From NCBI GenBank assembly GCA_029856125.1, contig JAHQWJ010000062.1, forward strand, positions 32,001 through 96,000: a DNA stretch of 64,000 bases, read 5' to 3'. The stretch comes from Promethearchaeia archaeon (lineage in GTDB: Archaea > Asgardarchaeota > Lokiarchaeia > Sigyniarchaeales > SOKP01). The position numbers and the translations under genes are program-made. The notes below the pieces were generated by a model, which was given only the letters and a program-made list of their open reading frames with translations, had not been told where the DNA came from and did no database searches. This document shows, one piece after another, positions 21,459 to 32,450 of this stretch; the first letter of the stretch is position 1; every line of letters starts with the position of its first letter.

Positions 21459-22985
21459 ATGTCTCTAAAGCTTGGTATAGTGTTTAACTTTCTTCAATTA
21501 CCTGACGTTTCAAAATATCCATTTGTAATAAATAAACGAACTGACGGAACTTTTGTTAAAAAAGGTTTATTTGTGTCTACAAAATCAATTGAAGGATATT
21601 TAATCGGCATAGTTGAGAAAATCGTGTTGTTAAACGAATATTTTTCCGATGCTTTAACAATTAAGGCTTATAATAACGAAAATAATCCAAACATTCTCAA
21701 AGGTTTATTTCCGAGTGATGATTTTGAATATGCAATAGCAATTGTTAGGAATTTAGGAATTATAGATTTCAAGGAATCTAGTGAATCTGAGATAAAAGCG
21801 ATTAAAAGAATGATGTATCCTGCAAGTCCGGGTAAGAAAGTATATTTGGTTGACGATGAAATTCTTAAGAGTTTTATAGGGCTTAACCAAAAGCAAGGGT
21901 TGAATTTGGGTAAAGTTAAGGTATCAAATATTGATGCGTATATTAATATGGATCGATTATTAAACAAACACTTTGCTATTCTCTCGATTTCAGGAGGTGG
22001 CAAAAGTTACCTTACATCAATTATTATTGAAGAGCTACTAACACGAGAAAAAACTTCTGGGACTCCTGCAATTGTAATGATTGATGTCCATGGAGAATAC
22101 AAGTACCTAAATAGTGTTACTAAAATAAAAAATAAGGTTAAGGTTATTGACACTTCGTATTTTCAAATCTCTGTCCCTAAATTGAACGCGTATGCTTTTA
22201 AAAAATATCAGGAGCAAATTTCTAATGTTCAGATAAGAGAATTATCTAAATATATTAAAAAATTAAGAAAAAGGGAAGATTTAAAGAACAAATTTACTCT
22301 TGATACCATTATAGAATTAATAGAAAAAGAAGAAGAGGGCGGCAAAAGCACCAAACAAGCTTTAATCGGATGGTTATCTGAGTTAGAACGGCTAAATCTT
22401 TTTGGACCACAAGAAAATCCTGTTATGAAAAATGTCCTCAATCAGGGTGAAATTTCTATTTTTAACCTTCAAAATGAAGTATCAATTCGTAAAAAACAAA
22501 TTATTGTTGATTATATATGTAATCAACTATTTTATTTAAGAAGAAAGAAAGAAATTCCTCCATTTCTGTTAATAATTGAAGAAGCACACCAATTCTGTCC
22601 CGAAGCGGCTCATTCTAAAGCATTATCAAAATATATTATTGAAACTATCGCTAGAGAAGGGAGGAAATTTATGGCTTGCTTATGTTTGATAAGCCAGCGA
22701 CCTAAAAAATTAAGTACGACCGCTTTATCTCAAACAAATTCAAAGTTAATTCTAAACATTAAAAATCCCTACGATTTAAAACATTTGATGGATAGCTCAG
22801 AAGCAATTACTAAAGACTACGCGGAAATGATCTCGAGTTTAGGCGTAGGTGAAATGTTATTGATGGGAAATGCTGTAAATTATCCTATTTTTGTAGATAT
22901 ACGAGAAAGAAAATTTAAATCTCCAACTGAACACACATCTTTAGCTCAAGAATGCATTAACTGGAAAAAAGTCCACTCAATTTAA
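21459..22985 (+). CDS. HerA/FtsK-like ATPase (DUF87)
   Basis: KHFAILSISGGGKS, IDVHGEY, IEEAHQF, AREGRKF, SQRP. Confidence 0.9.
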   Translation: MSLKLGIVFNFLQLPDVSKYPFVINKRTDGTFVKKGLFVSTKSIEGYLIGIVEKIVLLNEYFSDALTIKAYNNENNPNILKGLFPSDDFEYAIAIVRNLGIIDFKESSESEIKAIKRMMYPASPGKKVYLVDDEILKSFIGLNQKQGLNLGKVKVSNIDAYINMDRLLNKHFAILSISGGGKSYLTSIIIEELLTREKTSGTPAIVMIDVHGEYKYLNSVTKIKNKVKVIDTSYFQISVPKLNAYAFKKYQEQISNVQIRELSKYIKKLRKREDLKNKFTLDTIIELIEKEEEGGKSTKQALIGWLSELERLNLFGPQENPVMKNVLNQGEISIFNLQNEVSIRKKQIIVDYICNQLFYLRRKKEIPPFLLIIEEAHQFCPEAAHSKALSKYIIETIAREGRKFMACLCLISQRPKKLSTTALSQTNSKLILNIKNPYDLKHLMDSSEAITKDYAEMISSLGVGEMLLMGNAVNYPIFVDIRERKFKSPTEHTSLAQECINWKKVHSI

Positions 22986-23249
22986 CTCTTCCATTATTTC
23001 ACTTCTAATGTGTTGATTTCTTTTGTTCAGTACAATCATTTTTTTTGTTTTTGAAACCCTAAATACATTAATTATACTTCTACTTTCCAGCTTCATTAGG
23101 AGTTCTTCTAACATAAGTGTTTGAATAAATGAGAATTCCTTCTTTAATAATTCCTCTAAACGTTTATCTAAAATTTCGCCTTTATTTTTTATCAAAATAT
23201 CTATTAAAGAATTTACGATAGGTTTTTGATTCCATCTGTGACTTTCTAT
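22977..23249 (-). CDS. Small winged-helix-like protein downstream of cdc48 (start uncertain: ATA 23249 or TTG 23195)
   Basis: LMKLESRSIINV pattern; frame stays open upstream of 23195 (ESHRWNQKPIVNSLIDI); AGGTG 7 nt before the ATA. Confidence 0.6.
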   Translation of the reverse strand: MESHRWNQKPIVNSLIDILIKNKGEILDKRLEELLKKEFSFIQTLMLEELLMKLESRSIINVFRVSKTKKMIVLNKRNQHIRSEIMEELN

Positions 23250-23334
23250 AATAATACACCTTTTACTAAATTTAAATTAGATTTTATTCGGTACAAAATA
23301 TATAATAATATCCTGCAAATTAATTTTTGGAATA

Positions 23335-25560
23335 TTATACAACCATCTGATCTTCTTTTGATTGTTGAATAATTCTACTTTTTAATTTTGCTCCAAAATC
23401 TTCGTACCACTTAATTATTTCTGGTGTAATACTCGGGTAAACCGACTCTGTTGCCGCTTTAAAGTGTTCCTCAGAAATTTTCCTTGCTCTCAAATTTTCT
23501 CTTAAAGCAATCATGCCAGCTTCACGACATAAAGTTTCTACATCTGCTCCAGAGAACCCATCTAGCTGCTTATTTAATCCATTTAAATCAATATTAGCTG
23601 CTAAAGGCATGCCTTTGGTAAAAATTTTTAATATTTTCTCTCTTTCATCTTCATCTGGAGCGGGAACGAGTAGTATCCTATCAATTCTTCCGGGTCTTAT
23701 TAAAGCAGGGTCTAAAATGTCGGGACGGTTTGTGGCAGCAATCACTATTATATCTTTTTTTACTTCTAATCCATCCAACTCAGTTAAAAATTGCGAGAGA
23801 ACTTTTTCTGAAACTCCTGAATCGGTAGTGTGTCTACCTCTACTTGGAGCTATCGAATCAAATTCATCAAAAAAAATAATACAGGGTGCTGCCATTTTAG
23901 CTTTTCGGAATACTTCACGAATTGCTTTTTCGCTTTCTCCAACATATTTTGATAACAATTCAGGTCCTTTAATTGATATAAAATTTGCTTTACTTTCGTT
24001 TGCTACTGCCCGAGCTAAAAGTGTCTTTCCACATCCAGGGGGGCCATAAAGTAAGATTCCTCTCGGAGGATTTATTCCCATTCGCTCGAATATTTTAGGA
24101 TGAGATAAAGGCCAGTCAACAGATTCTATCAACTTTTGCTTTAAATCTTCCAATCCACCTATCTGATCCCAGGTAACATTTGGTATCTCAACAAACACTT
24201 CTCTTATCCCAGATGGCATTACTTCTTTTAAAGCTTCCTCAAAATCAGTTTTGGTAACCTCTATTTGCTCAAGCAATTCTGGATCTATTATTTCTGAATC
24301 CAAATCAATCTGTGGGAGATATCTTCTAAGTGCTGCCATTGCTGCTTCTCGACATACAGCCATAATATCAGCCCCTACAAATCCATGAGTAATATTAGCA
24401 AATTCTTTTAAGGAAATTTTTTTGTCGAGAGGCATACTTCTCGTGTGAATTAGAAAAACTTCTCTTCTCCCTTTCTCGTTTGGAACTTTTATTTCAATTT
24501 CGCGATCGAATCTACCTGGGCGCCTTAATGCAGGATCCAAACTATTGGGACGATTTGTTGCACCGATTACTATTACTCGGCCCCTACTATGCAATCCATC
24601 CATTAATGCTAGTAATTGAGCTACAACTCTTCGTTCAACTTCTCCAGTAACGGTTTCTCTTTTAGGAGCAATAGCATCAATTTCATCAATAAAAATGATT
24701 GATGGACTTTTTTCTTCAGCCTCAATGAATATTTTACGCAGTTTTTTTTCTGACTCACCATAAAACTTGCTCATTATTTCTGGTCCATTAATTGAAATAA
24801 AATAGGCTTCGCTTTCGTTTGCTACGGCTTTAGCCAATAGTGTTTTACCACACCCTGGAGGACCTCTTAATAAAACTCCTTTTGGAGGGTCAATACCCAA
24901 ATGCTTAAATATTGAAGGGTGCCTTAATGGGAGTTCAACCATCTCTCTAACTCTTTGTATTTCACGATCTAAACCTCCAACCTCTTCATATGTAACATAG
25001 TCTGCCCCCCGCTCTTCATCTTCAGTAATGTTTTCACTTATATGAAGAACTGTCTCTGGTTTAATAGTACAAATTCCACTAGGTCTCATGCTTATGACCT
25101 TAAAAGTAATTTCTCGGCTGATGCCAATTGATATAAATATAAAATCATCAATAGCAACGGGATAGTTACTTAATTTTCGTTTAACGAAGGTTTCAAACCT
25201 TGGGTTCGATTTTATTTTAACACTAATTGGTGCTAGAACGATATTTTGAGCGGAATGAGTTATTACTTTTCTGATTTGAATCGTATCGTCTATGCTCGTT
25301 CCGATATTCTTTTTCAATCTAGAGTCAATGCGGATGATCCCTAAACCACTATCTTGAGGATAACTGGGCCAAGCTATTCCAGCACTCTCCTTCTTTCCAA
25401 CTAGGGCGATTACATCTCCAGTTTTTATATCTAACTTTTCCATGGTTTCCTGATCAATTCTAGCGATATTTCGACCAATATCCCTTTTTTTTGCTTCCTG
25501 TACTCTTAAAGATACTTTAAGATTATCCTTGCCATTTGAGTCGTTTTCTTTTAGTGACAT
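23335..25560 (-). CDS. cdc48: CDC48/VAT AAA+ ATPase
   Basis: N-domain plus two AAA modules ([11 protein letters not shown] twice; IDEID and FDEFD; RPGRFDR and RPGRIDR). Confidence 0.97.
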   Translation of the reverse strand: MSLKENDSNGKDNLKVSLRVQEAKKRDIGRNIARIDQETMEKLDIKTGDVIALVGKKESAGIAWPSYPQDSGLGIIRIDSRLKKNIGTSIDDTIQIRKVITHSAQNIVLAPISVKIKSNPRFETFVKRKLSNYPVAIDDFIFISIGISREITFKVISMRPSGICTIKPETVLHISENITEDEERGADYVTYEEVGGLDREIQRVREMVELPLRHPSIFKHLGIDPPKGVLLRGPPGCGKTLLAKAVANESEAYFISINGPEIMSKFYGESEKKLRKIFIEAEEKSPSIIFIDEIDAIAPKRETVTGEVERRVVAQLLALMDGLHSRGRVIVIGATNRPNSLDPALRRPGRFDREIEIKVPNEKGRREVFLIHTRSMPLDKKISLKEFANITHGFVGADIMAVCREAAMAALRRYLPQIDLDSEIIDPELLEQIEVTKTDFEEALKEVMPSGIREVFVEIPNVTWDQIGGLEDLKQKLIESVDWPLSHPKIFERMGINPPRGILLYGPPGCGKTLLARAVANESKANFISIKGPELLSKYVGESEKAIREVFRKAKMAAPCIIFFDEFDSIAPSRGRHTTDSGVSEKVLSQFLTELDGLEVKKDIIVIAATNRPDILDPALIRPGRIDRILLVPAPDEDEREKILKIFTKGMPLAANIDLNGLNKQLDGFSGADVETLCREAGMIALRENLRARKISEEHFKAATESVYPSITPEIIKWYEDFGAKLKSRIIQQSKEDQMVV

Positions 25561-25647
25561 ATTAAGTCCTTTAATATTATTTTGAATATATACTAAAAAT
25601 ATAAAAGAATAATTTTGTAAAAATTTTTGCTTTTTTTAAGGTAATTT

Positions 25648-26703
25648 TTAATCTTTTTTGAAAAAACTATCTAATGAAACTTGAGTTTTGGAAGAAGTTT
25701 GTTTTTTTAAGCGTTCAATCGCGTTTTCTACCCTTTGCTTTGAGAAATTATGTTGCTCAATCAGAAGTTCTTCGACTTTTTCGTATTTACTTTTTTCCCA
25801 GATTATCTTTGGATAGTCTTTTTTTATATCTGGGTATAAAAATATCTCTTTTATTTGTTCAATAGTACTTTTTTCAATCTGAATTTCTATATTTCCAACT
25901 TTGATATTATTATTTATGATATTATCTAATGAACCGAATTTTCTAATAAGTTCGAGAGCTTTATGCTGTCCAATGCCTTTAATACCTGGATAGAAATCAG
26001 TTCCTATTAATATCCCCATTTCTATTAACTGTTCACGAGTTATGTTTAAATTTTCAAGAAATTTTGATAGGGAGATGTACTCAATATCAAGTGTAACGGT
26101 TGTGTTTCTAAGTTTTTTACTCCGGCTCACAGCAAAATTTCGTATTAGCCTTTCTCCACCAAAAAGTAATGTGTCGTAGTCTTGAGAAGCACATGCCCAA
26201 GCATCACCTTTTTCGACTAAAAAAGCAGATTGAGCTTCACCTTCAGAAGTAGCATCAACGATGGGTATTCCAAGATATTTTAATAATTTTTTACTCTCCT
26301 CTATCATGTTAGTATCCAATTTAGAAGTCATCTGGGCATATTTTTTAGCTTCTCCAAAATCTCCATCCTCTTGTGCTTTGATCATTTTGTTTTCTGCTGC
26401 TACTTTGATTTTTCTTCTTTCTAATATAGTCTCCTTCTTTAATTCAGAAGGAATTCCATCAAACACATAAATAGGCTTTATACCATGCTCTAAAAAATTA
26501 ATAGTTCTATAGAATAATCCAGATAGATGGGAAGTTATATTTCCATTGTAATCTTTTAATGGGGTTCCATCTCTTTGTCTAATAATTGCTAAAAACTGGT
26601 ATATCGTGTTAAAGGCATCGATAGCGATTTGTTTATTTAATAAATTATCAAAAGTTATAGTTCTCCTTACTTCTTTTACTAGTTCGTTTATTTTAGTGCC
26701 CAT
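25648..26703 (-). CDS. fen: Flap endonuclease 1
   Basis: AIDAFNTIYQFL, TSHLSGLFYRT, EGEAQ, SQDYD, GTDF.PGIKGIG, PIP box QVSLDSFF. Confidence 0.97.
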   Translation of the reverse strand: MGTKINELVKEVRRTITFDNLLNKQIAIDAFNTIYQFLAIIRQRDGTPLKDYNGNITSHLSGLFYRTINFLEHGIKPIYVFDGIPSELKKETILERRKIKVAAENKMIKAQEDGDFGEAKKYAQMTSKLDTNMIEESKKLLKYLGIPIVDATSEGEAQSAFLVEKGDAWACASQDYDTLLFGGERLIRNFAVSRSKKLRNTTVTLDIEYISLSKFLENLNITREQLIEMGILIGTDFYPGIKGIGQHKALELIRKFGSLDNIINNNIKVGNIEIQIEKSTIEQIKEIFLYPDIKKDYPKIIWEKSKYEKVEELLIEQHNFSKQRVENAIERLKKQTSSKTQVSLDSFFKKD

Positions 26704-26761
26704 GGTTTATCTTTAATTTTATATCCAATAATTATCTAAGTTTTATTGTATATATTTTACA

Positions 26762-27316
26762 CTATAATTTTTCCTTTTTCAGTAGACGCTTCTTAAGATG
26801 CAATCCACACCTTTCACATTTTTTGTTTAAATCTTCTGGTTTTTGCAGGGTTTTGCAATAAGGGCAATAAACTTCGAAGTACATTTTCTCCTCTATTCCT
26901 TTTTTATATAAAGGTTTGAATCTAATTTTTAACATAGTACATAAATTTTCCATGGAATAATCATTAGTGTAAAGAATAATATCTTCCGGGTATGTGTCCA
27001 TTAATTCTAATACTAAACCCATTAAACTAACATCGTTCTTAGATAAAACCTTCGTAGTACCAGTTGATTTGGATTTTTCCTCAACTATATTTGAATATTT
27101 ATCCTGACTTTTCTTAACGACTAGTTTTCCCGTCTCAATTGCAAATTCTATTCTTCGTAAAATATTTCTGTTTCGATCGATGTATTTTGGTACTTTTAAT
27201 TCATCCACAATCTCAGGTGTTGTGAAAATTTTTTCTGGAAAGTAATTAAAATCTAAACCAGTTAAAAATATATTTGTATCAAAAACTAGAATTGATTTCT
27301 TCTTCTGGGCTGTCGT
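26762..27316 (-). CDS. nob1: Nob1-like PIN endonuclease with zinc ribbon (proposed ACG start)
   Basis: Frame extends upstream of 27208 to include the PIN motifs LVFDTN and FTTPEIVDEL; also LSKND, TNDYSMEN, CPYC...CERCG. Confidence 0.8.
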   Translation of the reverse strand, partial: TTAQKKKSILVFDTNIFLTGLDFNYFPEKIFTTPEIVDELKVPKYIDRNRNILRRIEFAIETGKLVVKKSQDKYSNIVEEKSKSTGTTKVLSKNDVSLMGLVLELMDTYPEDIILYTNDYSMENLCTMLKIRFKPLYKKGIEEKMYFEVYCPYCKTLQKPEDLNKKCERCGLHLKKRLLKKEKL

Positions 27317-28205
27317 CTAACGGCACCTTTATAGTTCCAATTATCTTTTTCCTTAATCTTCGAATATAATTATCACTAATACTTTTAGAAAGACGAATAA
27401 AACTTGTATGGGAATTTGCTTTGCGAATTCTAATTATTGATTTTGGTTGAACATCTTTCAAAGTTTTTTGACCATCAATAATAATCTTAGCGCTTAATCT
27501 TGGTCTTAAAAGTTGGATTTCAACTTCGCTTTCTATTGGTAATACAATTGGCTTCAAACCTGATCGAGCAAAACTGTTTAACGGTGTAATTTGCATTATA
27601 TCCATCGTCGATTTTACAATCGCACCACCTGCGCTAAGGTTATATGCTGTAGAACCAACAGAAGTAGATACAATAATTCCATCTAAATAACTACGATTGA
27701 GATAACAACCGTTTATTTTTATCGATGCCAAAAGAACTTTTGAACTCTTTGATGAGATGATTAAAATTTCGTTTAGAGCGTTGCTCAATCGAATTTCTTC
27801 AGAATCCTTTAGTATAAAAGCAGTTAATTTTGAGCATTTTTCAATTAAATAATCACCTTTTAAAACACGGTTTATATCGTTAAAAACATTCCTTTCATTT
27901 GTTTCATCTAGGAATCCTAGAGATCCAATATTAACGCCTAGTAGGGGGGGGGCGTTCCGCGGTGGCAAACCACCTGCTACTCTTAATATGGTTCCATCTC
28001 CCCCTACAGAGATTAAAAATTTTGTGTTATCTTTCGTCATTTCCTTTAAATCTTTTCCACTATGTGGAAAGATTTTTGGTGCGATTCTAGTCTCCATTTG
28101 AACGATTTCGCCCTTTTTTACTAAATATTCGAAGATCTTTTTTGTTAAGCTAATCGCTCTCTCTGAGTCCATTCTACAAGCTAAAGAAATTGGTTTTTTT
28201 TCCAT
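27279..28205 (-). CDS. nadK: NAD kinase
   Basis: GGDGTILR, GSLGFL, ALNE, DGIIVSTSVGSTAYNLSAGG. Confidence 0.95.
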   Translation of the reverse strand: MEKKPISLACRMDSERAISLTKKIFEYLVKKGEIVQMETRIAPKIFPHSGKDLKEMTKDNTKFLISVGGDGTILRVAGGLPPRNAPPLLGVNIGSLGFLDETNERNVFNDINRVLKGDYLIEKCSKLTAFILKDSEEIRLSNALNEILIISSKSSKVLLASIKINGCYLNRSYLDGIIVSTSVGSTAYNLSAGGAIVKSTMDIMQITPLNSFARSGLKPIVLPIESEVEIQLLRPRLSAKIIIDGQKTLKDVQPKSIIRIRKANSHTSFIRLSKSISDNYIRRLRKKIIGTIKVPLDDSPEEEINSSF

Positions 28206-28290
28206 ATCACTCAGATTTTTTAGTAGATTTTCTTTTTAATACAAAAAATTAATATTAAAATATATTAAATGAAAAAAAGCTTTATGAATT

Positions 28291-28719
28291 CTAATTTATT
28301 ATAATTCTAGTAACTAAGGTTTTACCCGCTAACTTCCAATACTCTAACTGTGCTAATGACATCTTTCCGGGATCCTGTTGCAATTCTTTTAACTTTTTCT
28401 TTAATTCTTCCTCTACAGGCCAATTTACATCCATAGATTCATAGCTTTCAAGATCCATTATATTAATTGAGGTATCTTCAATAAAACTAATCTGAGCAGT
28501 GCCTTTGATTATCTCGGGAATGTCGCACATATGACCAGAGGGTATCGTGAGAGATCTCTTATTATTATCGAATACTCCGACGCATACAACACGAACTTTT
28601 GCATGTCCGTGTTTTCCTGACTTACTCCTTTCAGTTGCTTTAATTTGGCAGGGTTCATCATCAACCATGATGTATTGTCCAGTTTTTAACTTTTGAATTT
28701 CTGTTCTACGAATTGACAT
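28291..28719 (-). CDS. eif5a: Translation factor aIF-5A
   Basis: Hypusine-site motif SKSGKHGHAK; ATG at 28719 preferred. Confidence 0.95.
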   Translation of the reverse strand: MSIRRTEIQKLKTGQYIMVDDEPCQIKATERSKSGKHGHAKVRVVCVGVFDNNKRSLTIPSGHMCDIPEIIKGTAQISFIEDTSINIMDLESYESMDVNWPVEEELKKKLKELQQDPGKMSLAQLEYWKLAGKTLVTRIIIN

Positions 28720-28944
28720 TTTAAACTCATTTATTTTCATACTTTATTTTATATAATATTATCTAACTTTCACAGAAAAAAAAATTTCGCTTTTTATGAG
28801 AATTTTCAAAAATATATTCTATTTCTTATAGATTTTCTTAGAATATTACCTTTTCTTAGTTACTGCAATGGATTTTTAAAGCATTAAAAATATTAGTTTT
28901 TATTTATTTTAATTACTAAAACATAAAGCAATTTCATTTATACT

Positions 28945-30321
28945 ATGGTGTTTAATAAGTTAGGGAAAGATTTAGAATCGATAATGCGAAAATTACGAGG
29001 TTTGCCAAAAATCGATAAAGATGCGATTAACATGGTAATACAGTCGTTACAAAGAAGTCTTTTGGAATCAGATGTGAAAGTAGAATTAGTCTTCCAGATG
29101 ACTGAAAATATCAAAAAAGAAGCAATGAATACTGATTTAAAACGAGCGAGAAGGAAAGACTTCATAATTAAGCTCGTTCATGATGAGTTAGTGAAAACAA
29201 TCGGAGGGACATCTGCCCCTATAAGAATAAAACCTGGAAAAAGTAATGTTATTCTACTTGTTGGAATTCAAGGTTCAGGTAAAACTACTTCTATCGGTAA
29301 GTTAGCGCGATTTTATAAGAATAAGGGATACAAAGTAGCTGCAGTTACTACTGATACATGGCGTCCTGGGGCTTACGAACAATTAGTACAGTTAACAGAC
29401 CAAATTGGAGTTAAATGTTATGGTAATCCTAATGAAAAAAATGCTATCAAACTTGCAGTTAGAGAAACGAAAAAAGCAATAAATGACGAGCATGACATAA
29501 TAATTGTAGATACTGCTGGCCGACATAAAGAAGAAAAAGAATTAATGAGAGAGATGGAAAAAATCGAATCAAGTTTAAAACCTAACGAAGTTATCTTAGT
29601 AATAGATGGAACTTTAGGGCAACAAGCTTATTCACAAGCAGAAGAATTTGCGAAATCTACAAATATTGGGAGTATAATCGTTACCAAACTAGATGGGACA
29701 GCTAAAGGAGGTGGAGCACTTTCTGCTTGTGCTGCCACTAATCAATCCATAAGGTTCATTGGAGTAGGTGAAAAATTAGAAGATTTCGAAGAATTTAATC
29801 CAACAACTTTTGTAGGTTCTCTACTAGGCGTTCCAGATATAGAAGGTTTGGTCAAAAAGGTACAAGAAGCTGAAATCGATGCTGATCCTGATTTGGTTAA
29901 AAGAATGATGAAAGGAAAATTCACTCTCGACGATCTTTATTATCAATTGAAATCTATTAAAAAAGTTGGTAAAATGAAAAATATCTTAGCAATGATGGGA
30001 GGAGGTAATATTCCCGAGGCGTTAACTGATGATGCTGAAAAAAATTTAGAGAAGTGGGAAGTTGTTTTAAATTCTCTGACCCAAGCAGAAAAGGAAGATC
30101 CGAAAATTATTAAAAAAACACGAAAAAGAAGAATTGCTATTGGGAGTGGCACTGATTACACTACAATAAATAGAATGCTTGATCAATATAATCAAATGAA
30201 AAAATTCATGAAAAAAGCTCTTCAAATGCAGAAAAAAGGAAAAGGAATGCCTGGTATCCCGGGGATGGGAAAAGCAGGAGCCCAATTCATGAATAAGTTA
30301 GGAAAAGACAATAAATTCTAA
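28945..30321 (+). CDS. srp54: Signal recognition particle protein SRP54
   Basis: GIQGSGKTT, DTAGRH, TKLDGTAKGGG, Met-rich M domain. Confidence 0.97.
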   Translation: MVFNKLGKDLESIMRKLRGLPKIDKDAINMVIQSLQRSLLESDVKVELVFQMTENIKKEAMNTDLKRARRKDFIIKLVHDELVKTIGGTSAPIRIKPGKSNVILLVGIQGSGKTTSIGKLARFYKNKGYKVAAVTTDTWRPGAYEQLVQLTDQIGVKCYGNPNEKNAIKLAVRETKKAINDEHDIIIVDTAGRHKEEKELMREMEKIESSLKPNEVILVIDGTLGQQAYSQAEEFAKSTNIGSIIVTKLDGTAKGGGALSACAATNQSIRFIGVGEKLEDFEEFNPTTFVGSLLGVPDIEGLVKKVQEAEIDADPDLVKRMMKGKFTLDDLYYQLKSIKKVGKMKNILAMMGGGNIPEALTDDAEKNLEKWEVVLNSLTQAEKEDPKIIKKTRKRRIAIGSGTDYTTINRMLDQYNQMKKFMKKALQMQKKGKGMPGIPGMGKAGAQFMNKLGKDNKF

Positions 30322-30336
30322 GTATAGTATTCAGAT

Positions 30337-30981
30337 TTGATAAATTTGGATTTCTTAATATTTGTGGAAAGCGTTTCTAAATATACTAAAGGCGATATTG
30401 ATGAAGGAAAAACTCCCTTCGATGTATATACGCTATGCGCTATTATAAGAGAATCTTTTTGTATCTCTTATACAATAAGAAAAGATAATAATTTTTACTT
30501 ATATAATGAAACAGATCACCTTTTTATAAAGATTGAAGGTAAGTCTGTGAGATATTTAGGTTCTGATGAGAGATCCCAAGCTTTACTTTTATTGAGAGCT
30601 TTTATGAAAATAGAAAACAATGAAAATTATAACGATAGAGAATGGATTAAGTCAACTCCAGGGATATTTGTTAAAAAGTTGCCTAGCTCAGAACTTATTT
30701 TGGAAAATATTAATGGTAACTTCAGTAATACTAGGATATTTATTACTGATATTTCAAAAGAAATTTTTAAACAAAATGTTAGGTATGGAAAGAACATTGA
30801 TGAAAATAGCTCATATTGCTATCTTTTTTCATTCTCTCAAGAATCAATCACTTTTCTTAAGTTTTTACAAAAAGTTAATGAAGAGTGTAGTTTAAAAAAT
30901 ATTGATCTTTCAAAAATAAGAGGAATTGAAAATAAAATCTTATATATAAACTTCTTATATGATCACAGAATTACAGAATAA
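30337..30981 (+). CDS. TrmY-like (tRNA m1psi54 methyltransferase, SPOUT) protein, divergent
   Basis: SYTIRKD..FYL, G..VRYLGSDERS, STPGIFV; follows srp54; C-terminal SAM-binding knot motifs poorly recognisable. Confidence 0.6.
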   Translation: MINLDFLIFVESVSKYTKGDIDEGKTPFDVYTLCAIIRESFCISYTIRKDNNFYLYNETDHLFIKIEGKSVRYLGSDERSQALLLLRAFMKIENNENYNDREWIKSTPGIFVKKLPSSELILENINGNFSNTRIFITDISKEIFKQNVRYGKNIDENSSYCYLFSFSQESITFLKFLQKVNEECSLKNIDLSKIRGIENKILYINFLYDHRITE

Positions 30982-30994
30982 CTGATAAGGAACG

Positions 30995-32389
30995 ATGATC
31001 TTAAAAAATGGGCTCATATATAGTGACGGTTTGCTTCGTAATGGCGCTATTTTAATTCTTGAGGGTGTAATTAGATCAGTTATATACGATATAACCGAGG
31101 AGTCTTTGCAATCAATAAGGAATGAAAACACAGACGGAATAGAAATTGATTGTGAGAAGAGAACGGTTATACCAGGGATAATTGATATTCATTCCCACTT
31201 AAGGGATATGGAACAGAGCGAAAAAGAAACATTTTTAACAGGAACTTTAGCAGCAGCGTTCTCTGGAATAACAACTGTTTTCACTATGCCTAATACAAAA
31301 CCCCCAGCTATAAGTGCAAACCAGGTTAAAAGATGGATGAAAAAAGCACGCAATAATATATATGTAGATGTAGGGTTTATAGCGGGGATTCCAAGGGATT
31401 TTGATTTCGAAGAAATAATTTCTATTATTGACTTAGGTGTTATAGGCTTTAAAATTTACCCCTTAAATTCTTTAAGCGGTATCGATTGGACAGAGCACTT
31501 AAATATTCAAAAACTTCTTAGTATATCCTCAAAATTCCACCTTCCAATTTTTATTCATCCCGATTGGCCTTTGAACGCCGAAGAAAGAGGAAATATATTT
31601 CAAAAAGATATAGAAGAAAAATTACCGCTTTTAAAACTGCATAATAAATTATACCCAACATACATGGAAGCTAAATATGTGAATTTTATTCTTGAAAACT
31701 ATTATAAAGTTGTTGTGGATTTAGATTTAATCCCTGAAGATTATCCTATTATCCATTTCTGTCATATTAGTTGCCAGGATAGCTACTCCTTGATTAAAAA
31801 AGCGTTACATACGAATAAATCCTTAAGAATTACATTTGAGATAACACCACACCATCTTTTATTAGCTAATTCTATTCAGATTGAAAATCCTAATTATGCT
31901 AAAGTCCTCCCACCTTTAAGAAACGAAAAGCACGCATCTTATCTATTTCAAGAGTTTAAACGAGGTAGTATAAAACTATTGGGCACGGATCATGCACCAC
32001 ATACCTTCGAAGAGAAAAACAAAGCGTTTCTCGACGCGCCCTCAGGATTTCCAGGATTTGAGTCATATCCTTTAACAATACTAAATCAAGTTTTTAAAAA
32101 TGAATTTTCTTTAGAATCATTCGTTAAAATTACATCAGAAAATCCAGCAAAGCTTTTTAAATTAAATAATAAAGGTTTTATTAAAGCGCGATACGATGCT
32201 GATTTAATTATAGTAGATCGTGGAGTGGATTATCCTATTGAATCAAAACAATTCAAATCAAAAGCAAAGTTTTCACCTTTCCAAAACTATCAAACAAGTG
32301 TTCACATATGGAAAGTATTTTTGAGAGGTATAGAAGTAAATAGTGATGAATCTAATCCTATGGGAAACGTAATTAATGGAACAATTTAA
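30995..32389 (+). CDS. pyrC: Dihydroorotase
   Basis: PGIIDIHSHLR, MPNTKP, HFCHIS, EITPHHL, PPLR, TDHAPH. Confidence 0.9.
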   Translation: MILKNGLIYSDGLLRNGAILILEGVIRSVIYDITEESLQSIRNENTDGIEIDCEKRTVIPGIIDIHSHLRDMEQSEKETFLTGTLAAAFSGITTVFTMPNTKPPAISANQVKRWMKKARNNIYVDVGFIAGIPRDFDFEEIISIIDLGVIGFKIYPLNSLSGIDWTEHLNIQKLLSISSKFHLPIFIHPDWPLNAEERGNIFQKDIEEKLPLLKLHNKLYPTYMEAKYVNFILENYYKVVVDLDLIPEDYPIIHFCHISCQDSYSLIKKALHTNKSLRITFEITPHHLLLANSIQIENPNYAKVLPPLRNEKHASYLFQEFKRGSIKLLGTDHAPHTFEEKNKAFLDAPSGFPGFESYPLTILNQVFKNEFSLESFVKITSENPAKLFKLNNKGFIKARYDADLIIVDRGVDYPIESKQFKSKAKFSPFQNYQTSVHIWKVFLRGIEVNSDESNPMGNVINGTI

Positions 32390-32450
32390 ATAATTATTAT
32401 AATTTGTCATCTATTATATTATATTGAACCCAAAATCTTGAAGTGTAAAT

